Source of the DNA: an uncultured virus (IMG/VR IMGVR_UViG_3300032007_000021)
Lineage: Duplodnaviria; Heunggongvirae; Uroviricota; Caudoviricetes
DNA length: 64,000 nt
IMG/VR virus record: IMGVR_UViG_3300032007_000021
Direction: 5' to 3' (one strand)
Within the stretch, counting starts at the first letter, position 1, and every line of letters starts with the position of its first letter. The notes beneath the pieces are model-generated. The model saw nothing but the letters and a program-made list of their open reading frames with translations. It did not search any database and was not told the DNA's origin. The position numbers and the translations under genes are program-made. Of this stretch, positions 13,212 to 24,405 are shown piece after piece.

Positions 13212-13239
13212 TTGCAATATCTATATAACAACAAAAATT
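13212..13239 (-). promoter_or_regulatory. Candidate phage promoter AATTTTTGTTGTTATATAGATATTGCAA
   Basis: Intergenic; near-identical copy at 32544-32572. Confidence 0.55.
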
Positions 13240-13257
13240 ATTGATTACATTTTTTTC

Positions 13258-13740
13258 TTACAAATGATATAAACTTTCTTTCATTATCCTGCTGACATCA
13301 TAATTTCCACAATATCTTCCATTATTCCTTCTCAAATTGATTATGAAATCTTCTTCATTGTTCTATAAAAATAAATTATAGTATATATTCAACTCAGCTC
13401 CTATCGCTTGACTGCGACTTATCCCTGCCCAACAATGTATCTGTATGTCCTATCCTCTCATATACACTTCATCAGTAAATCTCTTTATCCTATCTGCTAT
13501 ATCTGTCGTAAATCCTCTTAATTCACGCTTTTCAGCCTACTTATTATAAAATGGATGTAAAAGATTGTGTTCCTTGTTAAACTCCGTTATATCATCAAAA
13601 TATAACTTCAATATGTTCTTTCCTTCTTTGTCTAATTCCTTATATAATTCATCATATCCTATATCCCTTATACTTATCCAATTCCTACCTTTATCCCGTA
13701 ATCTCTACACTTCTCTGTAACTGTATATATATATCTTCAT
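13258..13740 (-). CDS. Protein-tyrosine/dual-specificity phosphatase-like protein
   Basis: LYFDD, IHCWAGISRSQA (HCxxGxxRS loop). Confidence 0.85.
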
Positions 13741-14105
13741 CTCTCACTCTCTTCTAATATTTTCAATTTCTTCCTGTCCTACAAAAATTTCATCAGTTTG
13801 TAAGTAAATTTATCATGATAACTTATTATAAGCTATATATATTCCACTTCTTCTTTCATCAAATCTCGCAATCTTTCATACTATTCTTCACTATACCAAT
13901 CCTTCCTGTAGTCCAATATCTATTTCTTATTATAATGAAATACTCTTGTACTGTCCGAACGACAGTAAGGAAACTGATTTACCATCTATATAAACTATTC
14001 AACACTAAATTCCAATCCCTTTATCTTAATTCCTTCTCCTCTTTTGTAACTTATAATAAAACTACTGCTGGAACTGTTACTAACATACCCATTCCGTATT
14101 TTCAT
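13737..14105 (-). CDS. Hypothetical protein of the MKIRxGxVSNSSSSSF family
   Basis: MKIRNGYVSNSSSSSFII; ATGA overlap. Confidence 0.8.
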
Positions 14106-14156
14106 CTCTTCTTTCACTCCTTATATTGCTTTTTAATTCTTCCATCTTTTTTACCG

Positions 14157-15377
14157 TTAAACAGAATCTATTAAATTCTGAATTTCTGTGTTATGAGGAA
14201 CGGTAAGTGCCTCATTCTTGAAACGGTTTAATATATTTATTGCACCATTAACATCAGCATCTAATATTGTGCTACATTTGATACATTTATATATTTCACC
14301 ATTTCTTGATTCCTTGTGAATCTCTCCACATTGACTACACATTTGAGAAGTATAAGATGGTGAAACAAATGTGAGACAAACACGGTTTTCTTCACATTTA
14401 TCCAAAATCCTTCTATATACTAAATTTATATTCCAATTACCAAGTAATTTTCTTGTTGTTTTATTTACTCTACCTTTTGTGTTTTTGGTAATGTTTTTCA
14501 AATTTTCCATAACTATCAAATCATAATTTTCAATACCAATTTGATTTACCGCATTACCGATATAACACTTGATTTCAGCAAGAGTTTGATTATAATTTCT
14601 ACTCCCGACTTTTCTTCTATGTAACTTTTTTATCAATCTCTTTATATCAGAGCCAAGTTTTCTTCCATCAGATAAAGTTAAAAGTTTGTTGATACCTAAA
14701 TCTATACCAATACTTGATTTTCCTGACTTTATCGGAGTATCTTGCTTTTCAAAAAACAAATCAACAAAGTATTGATTTTCAACTTTTCTCAATGAAGCTG
14801 ACTTTGCAAGTTCAAATCCATTTGCTATCATTTTGTTAAACTGTTTGTGTTTTTTTGTGGGAAGAATTAAACTATATCTACCGCCAAATACCGAACCAAT
14901 CCTTATCCACAAATCAAAAGATTTTGCTTTTTTGCTATCTTTAATTGAAATTAAATCACTGTTCAAATCAATCACAAATTTTTCAAATCCTGGTTTCTTT
15001 ACCTTTCTATTGATTCTCTTATCCTTAATCCATTCAGAATAAACTTTATCCAAAATACCAAAACGATTTCTATTTGATTTTTTACATTTAGCAAAAACTC
15101 TTTTATATTGTTTATAAACAAGTTGTTTATTTTTATCACGAATTGATTTGATTATTTTGATTGCTTGATTTCCAGCACATTTCATTGCTTTTCCAAGCAA
15201 CCAAGAATTTACTTTATGATATTCAGCAGAACTAATTTTAGAAGGTAATTTATCTTGTTCAAAATACAAATCAATAAAGCAATTTACCACTCTCTGATAT
15301 TCTGTAAAGAACTCATCAAGTTTATTTTGCTTTGCTTTTGTAAAGTTGTTTAATGAACAAGATACTCTGCGTTTCAT
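14157..15377 (-). CDS. tnpB: TnpB RNA-guided endonuclease
   Basis: GIDLG, VMENL, CxxC/CxxC zinc finger, DADVNGAINI; RuvC triad intact. Confidence 0.93.
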   Translation of the reverse strand: MKRRVSCSLNNFTKAKQNKLDEFFTEYQRVVNCFIDLYFEQDKLPSKISSAEYHKVNSWLLGKAMKCAGNQAIKIIKSIRDKNKQLVYKQYKRVFAKCKKSNRNRFGILDKVYSEWIKDKRINRKVKKPGFEKFVIDLNSDLISIKDSKKAKSFDLWIRIGSVFGGRYSLILPTKKHKQFNKMIANGFELAKSASLRKVENQYFVDLFFEKQDTPIKSGKSSIGIDLGINKLLTLSDGRKLGSDIKRLIKKLHRRKVGSRNYNQTLAEIKCYIGNAVNQIGIENYDLIVMENLKNITKNTKGRVNKTTRKLLGNWNINLVYRRILDKCEENRVCLTFVSPSYTSQMCSQCGEIHKESRNGEIYKCIKCSTILDADVNGAINILNRFKNEALTVPHNTEIQNLIDSV

Positions 15378-15568
15378 TTCAATCCTTTTATCTTTTTATA
15401 TTCTAATTCACTTGAATATGTTTTTACAAATTCATCAAATTTCAAACAAAAACTTTCAACTGTTTTATTATTCTTTTTTTCAGATAAATTTTTACATAAA
15501 ATACCAGAAAAATGTCCCCATAATTCACCTTTCTCAAAACATTTTTCTTTACATCCACAAATTTTCAT
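15374..15568 (-). CDS. Small IS passenger ORF
   Basis: ATGA overlaps with both tnpA and tnpB. Confidence 0.6.
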   Translation of the reverse strand: MKICGCKEKCFEKGELWGHFSGILCKNLSEKKNNKTVESFCLKFDEFVKTYSSELEYKKIKGLK

Positions 15569-16173
15569 TTTTTATTTTTTCTCCTGTTTTCTGCACTTCT
15601 TTTACCATAAATTCTTGCACTAAATGAACTCATAAGAGTAATCAAATCTTTACAAAGTTCTTGTTCAAATCCTTCGCTCATTACTTGTTCAACATATTCA
15701 ACTTCTACTCCATGACTTTTGAAATATCTTTCAAATACAGGAATAAAAAATCTTGCTAATCTATCAGAATGTTCAACTACTATTTTTGTGATTTTATGCT
15801 GTTCAACCAAATCAAAAATCTGATTCAGTTTTGGTCTGATTGCGTTCATGCCAGAACAAACTTCTTCAAACACATAACCAACTTTATATTGTTTTTCAGC
15901 GCAATATTCCAATATTCTCAATTTCTGTCTATCCAAATCTCCATGTTGTTTTTGGTCTTGTGATGATACTCTACAATATATGCAAATCAATTCTTCTTCA
16001 TTTGATTCAATTTGTTTTCCTTGCAATTTTTCAATATCAGACAATAAATATCTACGATGTTTTCCGTTTGTTCTTTTAGCGACTAAAACACCTCTTTCGT
16101 CATATTGTCTTAAAGTATCTATTGATACTCCAAGCATTTCACTTGCTTTTGATATTGAAATTAACTTATCCAT
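15565..16173 (-). CDS. tnpA: IS607 serine-recombinase transposase
   Basis: N-terminal HTH, IYCRVSS, DLDRQ, EHSDRLARF, FSARIYGKRS. Confidence 0.95.
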   Translation of the reverse strand: MDKLISISKASEMLGVSIDTLRQYDERGVLVAKRTNGKHRRYLLSDIEKLQGKQIESNEEELICIYCRVSSQDQKQHGDLDRQKLRILEYCAEKQYKVGYVFEEVCSGMNAIRPKLNQIFDLVEQHKITKIVVEHSDRLARFFIPVFERYFKSHGVEVEYVEQVMSEGFEQELCKDLITLMSSFSARIYGKRSAENRRKNKK

Positions 16174-16345
16174 TATTTTCAATTTCCTTATTTATAAAAT
16201 TCACACTATTTTCATAGATTTTTTGAAATTCTTCAAGAGTTGGAACTTCATCTAATGGAATAGGATGCTCGCAATAAGTTCCATCCTCAAGTGTAAATCC
16301 ATTTTTATCTACTGCAACCACTTTAAGCATTTTGATTTTTTCCAT
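16166..16345 (-). CDS. Small IS passenger ORF
   Basis: MEKIKMLKVVAVDKNGFTLEDGTYCEHPIPLDEVPTLEEFQ; AAGGAAAG RBS; overlaps tnpA start. Confidence 0.6.
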   Translation of the reverse strand: MEKIKMLKVVAVDKNGFTLEDGTYCEHPIPLDEVPTLEEFQKIYENSVNFINKEIENNG

Positions 16346-16464
16346 TTTTCTTTCCTTATAAAAGTTAATTCTCTTATAAGTTTCTACTATTAGAAAAATA
16401 TAAAAGAAAAGTTAAGTTTTCTTATATTATACCATAATTTCATAGATTTTTAATCTACTCTTTT

Positions 16465-16785
16465 TTACCCCTCCTACAATAGCATCTGTTCTATCTTATA
16501 TTTACATTCCCTACCACCAGTTACTCCCACTTCTTCTATCTTCAAATTGTTCATCAATTCTTTCATCTGTTCATAATTTAAATGTAATCTTTCCACTCGA
16601 TATTCTCTTCCGTTTTTATTAAATAATTTTTTTACATACTATCTTCTTATTCTTATATAACATGTATCACATTTTCCTGTCAATGTCAATTCACATATAT
16701 ATTCTCTTGTCAAATATTCCATAACCTTTAATATGCTTTGTTTCCGTATCTGCCCTATACATCTATTACATATCTCTATATCCAT
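16465..16785 (-). CDS. Small Cys-rich paralog family member
   Basis: MDIEICNRC...CKYKIEQML. Confidence 0.75.
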
Positions 16786-16796
16786 ATCTCATTCCT

Positions 16797-17081
16797 TTAC
16801 ATTATCATTTGCTATATCATATATCTACATGGACAACCAAATTCAAAATTACGCACTATCATCACTTCTTCTACATCATGGCTCTTCAATAATTTGTCTA
16901 CCTATTCCTTGCTTAAACTTTTACTCTAAATCTATGTACCATATGGATTCTTCCAAGCTATTTGACATAATCCTTTATCCCCTCCTATCACCACCCATAT
17001 ATATTTATCATCACTATTTAAATAACTCTTGGCATAATCGTTCATTAAGCCTATACATTTCTCACATATATTTATATCCAT
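16797..17081 (-). CDS. Small Cys-rich paralog family member
   Basis: MDINICEKC...CRYMI*QM. Confidence 0.75.
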
Positions 17082-17082
17082 T

Positions 17083-17241
17083 TTATTCTATCACACTCTG
17101 CAATACCTCTCTCTTGATCTATAATTCTATCTATTCTTCACTCTATAATTTGCATTTCTATTCTTTCTTATATCTCTATAATTCATTTTCCAATTCCTTA
17201 CACCTTTCCTTCCAATATCTTATCTCTTCATCCTTTGTCAT
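17083..17241 (-). CDS. Small coiled-coil protein
   Basis: MTKDEEIRYWKERCKELENEL*; 5 TAG; ends TAA. Confidence 0.55.
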
Positions 17242-17539
17242 TTCCATTTCCCTCTTCATTTATCAATATCTGTTCCAATTCATATAAACATAAACGATAC
17301 ATCTTATCATCCATTCTTAACTCTTTCACAAATCTTTCCAATAATTCACCTTCCAGATATAACTCACCATTCATTTCCTTTATCCCTATCCTTTTACATA
17401 TATCTTCCATTTCTTCCTGTTTTTCTTTTAATCTACAAAAGCAACGATCATTTCTACCTCTTAAAATAAGTTCCTTATAATTTCTTAATTCCCCTTTTAT
17501 CTCACCTCCCAAACATTTATTACATATATCCAAATTCAT
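17228..17539 (-). CDS. Small Cys-rich paralog family member
   Basis: MNLDICNKC...CLYELEQIL. Confidence 0.75.
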   Translation of the reverse strand: MNLDICNKCLGGEIKGELRNYKELILRGRNDRCFCRLKEKQEEMEDICKRIGIKEMNGELYLEGELLERFVKELRMDDKMYRLCLYELEQILINEEGNGNDKG

Positions 17540-17835
17540 TACATTTCTCCTACCATTTGCTAAATCTTATATAAACACTCCCCTCCTATCACTCTCACTT
17601 CACTCATATATAACTCTTCCAATATCTTCTATATCTATTCCATATCCAATTTTATCCTCCATACCCTTCCTTCCTATCCTGTCCAATCTATTAACCTATC
17701 TCCATTTATTTGCAAAATACAATTCCTTTCTCCTATTAATGTCAAATTATATCTATAACTATCACCTAATTCATATCTCAAAACCCATCCCCCTTGTATC
17801 TTACCTATACATCTTTCACATATCCGCTTCTTCAT
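17539..17835 (-). CDS. Small Cys-rich paralog family member
   Basis: MKKRICERC...CLYKI*QM. Confidence 0.75.
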
Positions 17836-18116
17836 GTCTATTCCTATCTCACTTCCTATATCTGTTCCTCAAGATAATCTTCAATCCCTCCATATATCCA
17901 TTCTATCGGAAATCTTACCCACTTCTATCCCTATTTCTTTAAATACATCTTCCCCTAACTCCATCTGATCTTCCATCTATAACCCCTCCTGCTCGCTTCC
18001 AAACATCCTTCAAATTTCTATGGATATTTCTACCTTATCACCTATATATAACCCCTTATCTATTCATCTACTACCCTATACCCAAAATATCTCCTCACCT
18101 ATCTCTATGTCAACAT
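17832..18116 (-). CDS. Hypothetical protein, extremely TAG-rich
   Basis: 12 TAG in 94 codons; GGAG RBS; ATGA overlap. Confidence 0.65.
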
Positions 18117-18269
18117 CTTTCTTTTTTTCTCTCCTTTATTTTCTAAAAAAATTTTATTTTTTTTTTATTTTTTTTATTTTTTTAGAGAGAGGTTTAATCC
18201 CTCCCATTTCCCATATTCATATTTCAAAAATGTTTATCTGCATATTTTCTATATAACAATTCATATTTT

Positions 18270-18791
18270 TCAATCTTTAAACCAATTTTTGATCTTTTCA
18301 ATTTGTTCATCAGTAATTCCTATCTTCATGTCTGTATTTATGAATTGAACTGGTATATCATTATATATAGTTTCAGATATATTCCATGCTTCTTCCATAT
18401 CATCTATTACTACACATTTTCTTATCATATCTTTATGATGATCTATCCAATCCTTTATTTCATCTGATCTTAATTTATTAAATAAATATGGAGTTCTGTC
18501 AAGCCAACTGTCTTGTAACATACCAACTCCATAATACAAACTCTATCCAAATAATTTAGAACCGTCTTTTATCAATCTCCAACTGCTGCTCCATACAACC
18601 TTACAATCCTATATATCCATTAACATATCATTGATCTTTTTCTGTAATTCAGGAACTATATAATATTCACCATATTTACAATACTTATACCTGAAATCTA
18701 AAAAACTCATACATTTTAATTGCTATCCTATAAACTTTTTATTGTTGATTACTCCATCCATATCTAAAAAAATTATCTTATACTTTTTCAT
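18270..18791 (-). CDS. HAD-domain protein
   Basis: IIFLDMDGVIN, VVWSSSWR, RSDEIKDW, VVIDD. Confidence 0.85.
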
Positions 18792-19038
18792 GTGTTTCCC
18801 CCCTCTCTCTCTGATCTTTTTCTTATTCTTCTTTATAAACCTTTCTTTCTTCCTATTGTAAATTCTTACTGTTTTTATGACAGGTATATCAAACAAAATC
18901 AAAAGTATTTTCCCGGTAATTTTAATTACTTTTTACCTCAAACCATCTTTTTTAAGTTTTTGTTTTTTTATTGTAAATTCTTACAATTTCATAAAAATTT
19001 TTCAAAGGTTTTGTAATTTTTTTGATAGAGAGATTAAG

Positions 19039-19312
19039 TTTTCCCGTTAATTCCCTATTGATTCCCGTTAATCCCTATTAATTTCCATTAGTTTTCCCAT
19101 TAATTCCCATTAGTTTCTATTAATCTTCCTATTAAGTTTCCCTATTCTTTCCCTATTCTTTTCCCTATTAATTTCCCCGTTAGTTCCTATTAATATTCCC
19201 ATTGATTCCTATTAGTTTTCCTATTCTTTCCACATTAATTCCTATTAATTCCTCAGTAGTTTTCCTATTAGTTCCCTTATTGTTTCCCTGTAATTTCTCT
19301 ATATTTCCCTTG
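19039..19312. repeat. Degenerate tandem array of ~10-12-nt units (consensus about TTCCCTATTAA)
   Basis: More than 20 imperfect units in a ~750-bp non-coding gap. Confidence 0.8.
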
Positions 19313-19560
19313 CTTTATATCACATCTCTATTATACCTTTATCTCCTCTAATAACGATGCTATAATCTTGAAACATATCAAGCCTGATAAGGATATAACA
19401 AAACAGATAGATATAGCTTATTCTTTCATTAAAGCTGGAAAAACACATCTTTATTATTTCTTCTTGTTTCTCTTATCATGATAAGGTATTGAATGACATA
19501 TATAAAGCTCTGCAAAACTTATCTCTATCGCATGGATGTTATATATCCATAGTTTTGCTG

Positions 19561-19845
19561 TCAACTCTACTAATGCTTTTTCTTAATTTGTTTCATTTGA
19601 CTCATTACTTGTTCCACATAAAATTTACAATCTGGTTTAACTTTTTCCACATCCAATTTACGAAACTATTTTTTATAAATAGGCGTTTTATTTTTCGGGC
19701 GAAATGGACTAATAAGTTTTCTGTATTGCTACATGCTCAAAACTAATTTGCATGAATATTCTCTTCCCCACAATTCAGCCATATTATCATAAAATATGAT
19801 ATGCTCTATATCATTCAAACATTTTTGACAGATTTTAAGATTCAC
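19561..19845 (-). CDS. Small Cys-rich paralog family member
   Basis: MNLKICQKC...CKFYVEQVM. Confidence 0.72.
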
Positions 19846-20165
19846 GACAACCTTTCGATTTTACTTTGAATTTCATTCAAAGATTTGGTTGTATTCTATA
19901 TTTCTTTCAGAAGCCATTGCTCTTTACTTTTTAAGGTGTTCAAAAGTTGATTTTTCAAATTCTCATAAGATTCAAACAACTCTTCAGGAAAAAAGAAACG
20001 AATCTCCTTGTTTTCTGATTCAACAACACACCAAATCGTTCTTTCATAATATCCGGCAGAATAATCCTCTTCCTCTTTAATTTGGATAAATTTGACTTTT
20101 TCAATTTGCCAATCATTTGCAACAACATAGTAAAAATCACCGATTTTCAGTTTTTCAGGTTTCAT
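19842..20165 (-). CDS. Hypothetical protein
   Basis: Track ORF extended over one TAG; GTGA overlap. Confidence 0.7.
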
Positions 20166-20207
20166 TTCACTTATTCTCCTTTTCTTGTTCTTCTTTCATT
20201 TCTCTTA

Positions 20208-20471
20208 TCATTTGTTCATTTCTCTTATCATTTGTTCAAGTTCAAACTAACAACCATTTTTACAATTTTGTATGCTCATGTCTTTTATCATGGTTTTAAA
20301 ATTATCAACTTGTTCCCAATAATCAAATTGGGCAGAAATATCTTGAAAAGCATTATTTCGTAAAATACATATTTTTCCAGGATTATGATTGCCCCATAAA
20401 CAAACACTATTCCCGTTAAAAGAATAAGACCATATATTCTTCAAACATTTTTTACATATCTACAAATCCAT
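20208..20471 (-). CDS. Small Cys-rich paralog family member
   Basis: MDL*ICKKC...C*FELEQMI. Confidence 0.72.
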
Positions 20472-20515
20472 TCCAAACACCTTTCAAAAAAATTCAAATT
20501 TATAGTAAAATAACA

Positions 20516-20719
20516 TCAAAAATTATTATGTTCATTTTTTATCGTGTTTTTCAATTTTATAGCTTTTTTCAACATTTCATTGACATATTCATGCAGATCG
20601 TTTACCTCTTTGTAATACGAACTTTTCACTTTTTTCAAATCAAACAAAAAGTATTCCATAGTTACCTATAACTATGCCAATAAATCAATAATATCAGCCA
20701 TTTTCTGTTTCTCTGTCAT
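20516..20719 (-). CDS. Hypothetical protein
   Basis: GGAG RBS, 2 TAG, ends TGA. Confidence 0.55.
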
Positions 20720-20743
20720 ATCTATTACTCCTGTTTGATTTTA

Positions 20744-21010
20744 TTATTGTTTATCTATTGTTCGTTTATAAACATTTTCTTCAAACACTATTTGTTCCAC
20801 ATAAAAATCACATTTGTCTTTTGCCGTTTTTGAAACCTTGATTTTCTTCAAACGATTCTCAAGTTTATCCTTATCGTTTTTAACACCATCCAAATCTTCA
20901 TCACTCCACAGCAAACATCCTCTATCTTTACCGGAAACCCAAATCCAACTTCCGGTAATTTCAATTTTAAAATACTGTCCACAACATTTTTTACATATCT
21001 AAATATTCAT
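20744..21010 (-). CDS. Small Cys-rich paralog family member
   Basis: MNI*ICKKC...CDFYVEQIV. Confidence 0.75.
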
Positions 21011-21159
21011 TTCTTTTTATTTCCCTTTTTATATGCAAAATATGTTTTTATCATATCAAAAACAAAAGAAACACATCCAAAAACAATAAAAAGAAAACCT
21101 ATAAAACAAATTACAAAAATAATAGCATTCATATTTCACCTCTCTTCCTTTGTTCTAAT

Positions 21160-24048
21160 TTAAATATCTATTCCTTTCTATACAATCTATTCAATTCTTC
21201 TCTTAATACCATCTGTACACATTACCTATTCTCCTGTTTCGTATTGTTTCTTGCTTCCATCTTCAAACTATACTTCGATTACATCTCTCTTTATCTTGTC
21301 TTTACAACCATCAACAAACTTGTTTTTCCAATATTCGACATCTTCTTTATTGTGAAGTTTGTTTTTGTAAATCTTTTTCATAAGAACATACGCATTTACC
21401 TTGTCAAATCCGGCAAGCTATTTAGCATAATGATACACGGATTCTTGAAAAATAGGCAATCCATAAGTCGCTCCCATTGTACTTTGAAGTTCTTTAGGTA
21501 TAAAAATTTGATCTGCATTTTTTCTCGTCTATCCATACAATTTATCAAATCCATTAATCAAAGCCGCAGGTCTGGCCAAAGTGTTTACAACAGCTAAATC
21601 TTCAAAACTCTTGACACCTCCCATATTATCAATCACTTTCATTGCTACAGGACTATCAAATTGAAACACTCCGATTGCATCATGATAATTCAATTGATCC
21701 AAACTTGATTTCTCATCTATAGGTATGGAATATAAACTCCAATCTGTTCCATGTCTTGTGTTAATTAATTCTATCGTTTTTTCAATCGTTGAAAGAGCAT
21801 CAATAGCCAATATATCCATTTTGATAAATCCCATTTGACCAAGTTCTCTTCCACTAATACCTTCTGTCCAACATGATACCAATTTACCATCTGTTACTCT
21901 TACAGGCAATTGTTTTGTCAAATCAAAATCTGTTACTAACATACCACCAGCGTGTATGCCCCAACAATTAATTGCTCCATATATCTTATCAAAAACCTAT
22001 GCTAATTTAGGATACTTTTTCAAAAACATATCTAAGGCTTTACATTTCTATCTTAATACTTGTATAGACTTTCCCTAATCATCTTTATCAAGTTGTTTCA
22101 ATCCTTCTGTAGTTAATTGATTCACCTACTACAACGGTATTTCGTATAATCTGCTTAATTCTTTCAAACATCCCCTTAATTTTAAATATCCAACTGTTCC
22201 AATATGACACACATTATTTTTTCCATATTTACTGATAAAATATTCTCTTACATGATCTTTTTCTTCTCCGGGAAAATCGCAGTTATGAACAACAACACCT
22301 GTTTCATGAATTTTTTGTTCTGTAATTTGCCCATTTATCAATTCAACTTTATTAAAAGTTTTTCCACACACTCTAAAACAATGTTCTCCCTCAATTTCAA
22401 TATCTTTAACCAACTTTAAGACATTACTTTTATCAATAATAGCAATAATAGGAATCAGTACATTATTACTTTCAACAAGAAAATCATCTTCTCTTAAATT
22501 CATTACATATTCATAATAAAATTTATCATTTCTTTTTATCAAAAACTTATGATTATAAGTTGTATCTACATACCAACTACCATAACAAACTCTAACTATT
22601 GGACAATTCTTATGAACCACTTCGTTTGTAATTTTCTTAACTTCATTTTCTCTTGTAATAACTTTGTCTCCAATATGTAAATCACCAATTTCTTTTGGGC
22701 CATTTGGAGTTAAAACAAGAGTATCTAATGTAAAACAATCAACATCTGGATATTGTTCTGCTGTTACTTTCTATCCTTTTTCAATAATTGCTTGCAACCT
22801 GCTTGCATCCAAAAATCTTTCAAACAAAAGATTATATTTTAAAGGATCAACATTCATTACTCCAAGACAATATAAAACAAGGCTACCGCCACCGCTTCCC
22901 CTTCCAGCGGAAGGGGTTCTATGTCTCTACTACCTATACCATCTATACAAATCTTCCAAAAACAGAAAATAATCTGCAAATCCAGCTTTAATTACATTAT
23001 CCAACTCATATTCCAATCTTTCAATGTATTCTCTCTTCTTATCCAAACCTTTTAATCTCAATCCTTCATAAGCCTTTTCTCGCAAAATCTTGTCTCCATC
23101 CTTGAACTTCGGCATCTTCGGAGTAACATCTATATCAAGCAAAGTAAAACTCTTCAACAATCTATCCAACTCTTCACAAATCTATTCAAATATCTTATCA
23201 GTAAACACATCACTTTTCAAATATTTTTCATAAGTCTATCTCACCTCGGTTCTTGTTTTATAATACATACCTTTTGAAAAATCAACCTCATAAGACAAAC
23301 CACCTTTTATTTTTGAAATTTTACGAAACACATTTAATGCTTCTTCGTCTTCCGGCAAATGATAATGACTGTTACAAACAGGAATCATTTTAACCCCATG
23401 ACTTTTACAAAACTCAATAGTCAAATCATTAATTTCTTTATAATTTTCATCTTCAACTATAGGAATTGACACATATACCTCATCAAAAACACTACGATAA
23501 AAATCAAGTTTCTGCTACGCCTCTTTTGTTAATCCATTGTATATTTTTGAACAAACTTCACTATAAGGATTCGGAAACACACAAACAATTCCTTTCCCAT
23601 GTTCATGAATGAATTTATCATTAGTTCTAGGCCTGTTCTACATTCCATTCATTTGAGCATCATTGTGTATCTGTATAATGTTGTAATATCCTTCTATTGT
23701 CCGCGCAAATATATCTAAGGAAAAATCAATAGTGCTGTAATCTTTTTCTTCATCTGAAACTTCTTTGATATTCTTACTCCACCCTTCAGTTATCTTTTTC
23801 AGATACAATTCTCCGTCTTTTCCAAACATCCCATAATTATTAACAAAAGTCTCCATGCCAAGTATCGGAACAATACCATTTTCTTTACAAGTGAAATAAA
23901 CAGAGGGCCAACAGCTTATCTCTCCATAATCAGATACAGCAAAATACTTTTGGTTTCTCTATTTCAATATCGGTAATATTGTTTTCATATTGCCATGAGC
24001 GTACTTAATGCTGTATTCAAGTTTTTTACCAAAATCACAAAACCACAT
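21160..24048 (-). CDS. dnaE: DNA polymerase III alpha (family C), N-terminal part, containing an intein
   Basis: PHP-like [62 protein letters not shown]; all fragments in one frame; ends before the FNKSH motif. Confidence 0.93.
22282..22737 (-). mobile_element. Mini-intein (152 aa) in the DnaE catalytic motif
   Basis: [17 protein letters not shown]...TTYNHKF...VVVHN|CDF; no endonuclease domain; no TAG. Confidence 0.9.
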
Positions 24049-24068
24049 GTGTTCTCCTTACATAAAAA

Positions 24069-24329
24069 TTATTCTTTTCCATTTCCTTCAAAAAATCTTA
24101 TTTCCTTAGATTCAATTTCAAAAATCTGAAAATGATGAGATTTTCCGGAAAAAGTTTTGGTTTCAAGATTCCAAGTTACTTCTTTTATGTTCTCTACTTT
24201 ATATAAACTTACAATATATTTGACAGCATCATCAGAACTATCAAAAAAACCAATAATTTTATCTTTTATTCCTTTGCTATTCAAAATTGTTTCTTTTATT
24301 ACAAAACATTTGTTAATATCAATTTCCAT
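24069..24329 (-). CDS. Hypothetical protein (no TAG)
   Basis: Track ORF, AAAGGA RBS. Confidence 0.65.
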   Translation of the reverse strand: MEIDINKCFVIKETILNSKGIKDKIIGFFDSSDDAVKYIVSLYKVENIKEVTWNLETKTFSGKSHHFQIFEIESKEIRFFEGNGKE

Positions 24330-24351
24330 TTTTTAATTCCTTTACATAAAA

Positions 24352-24381
24352 TTACCTATATGAATTTCTCCATATAGGTAA
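24352..24381 (-). terminator. Hairpin TTACCTATATG..CATATAGGTAA (copy 2)
   Basis: Identical to 882-911. Confidence 0.7.
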
Positions 24382-24405
24382 CATCAAAAATTAAAAAAAG
24401 CAAAA

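Larger units (their letters stand above)
14154..16469 (-). mobile_element. IS607-family element (tnpA + tnpB + two small passenger ORFs)
   Basis: Serine recombinase and TnpB genes; GGTAAAAAAGA at both junctions (14145-14155, 16459-16469); GG dinucleotide at each end. Confidence 0.88.

Noticed and set aside
14157..15377. Cas12f-type CRISPR effector
   Set aside because: It is coupled to IS607 tnpA within element ends and has no array, so it is TnpB.
19039..19312. CRISPR array
   Set aside because: Units are short and degenerate with no unique spacers, and no cas genes are present.
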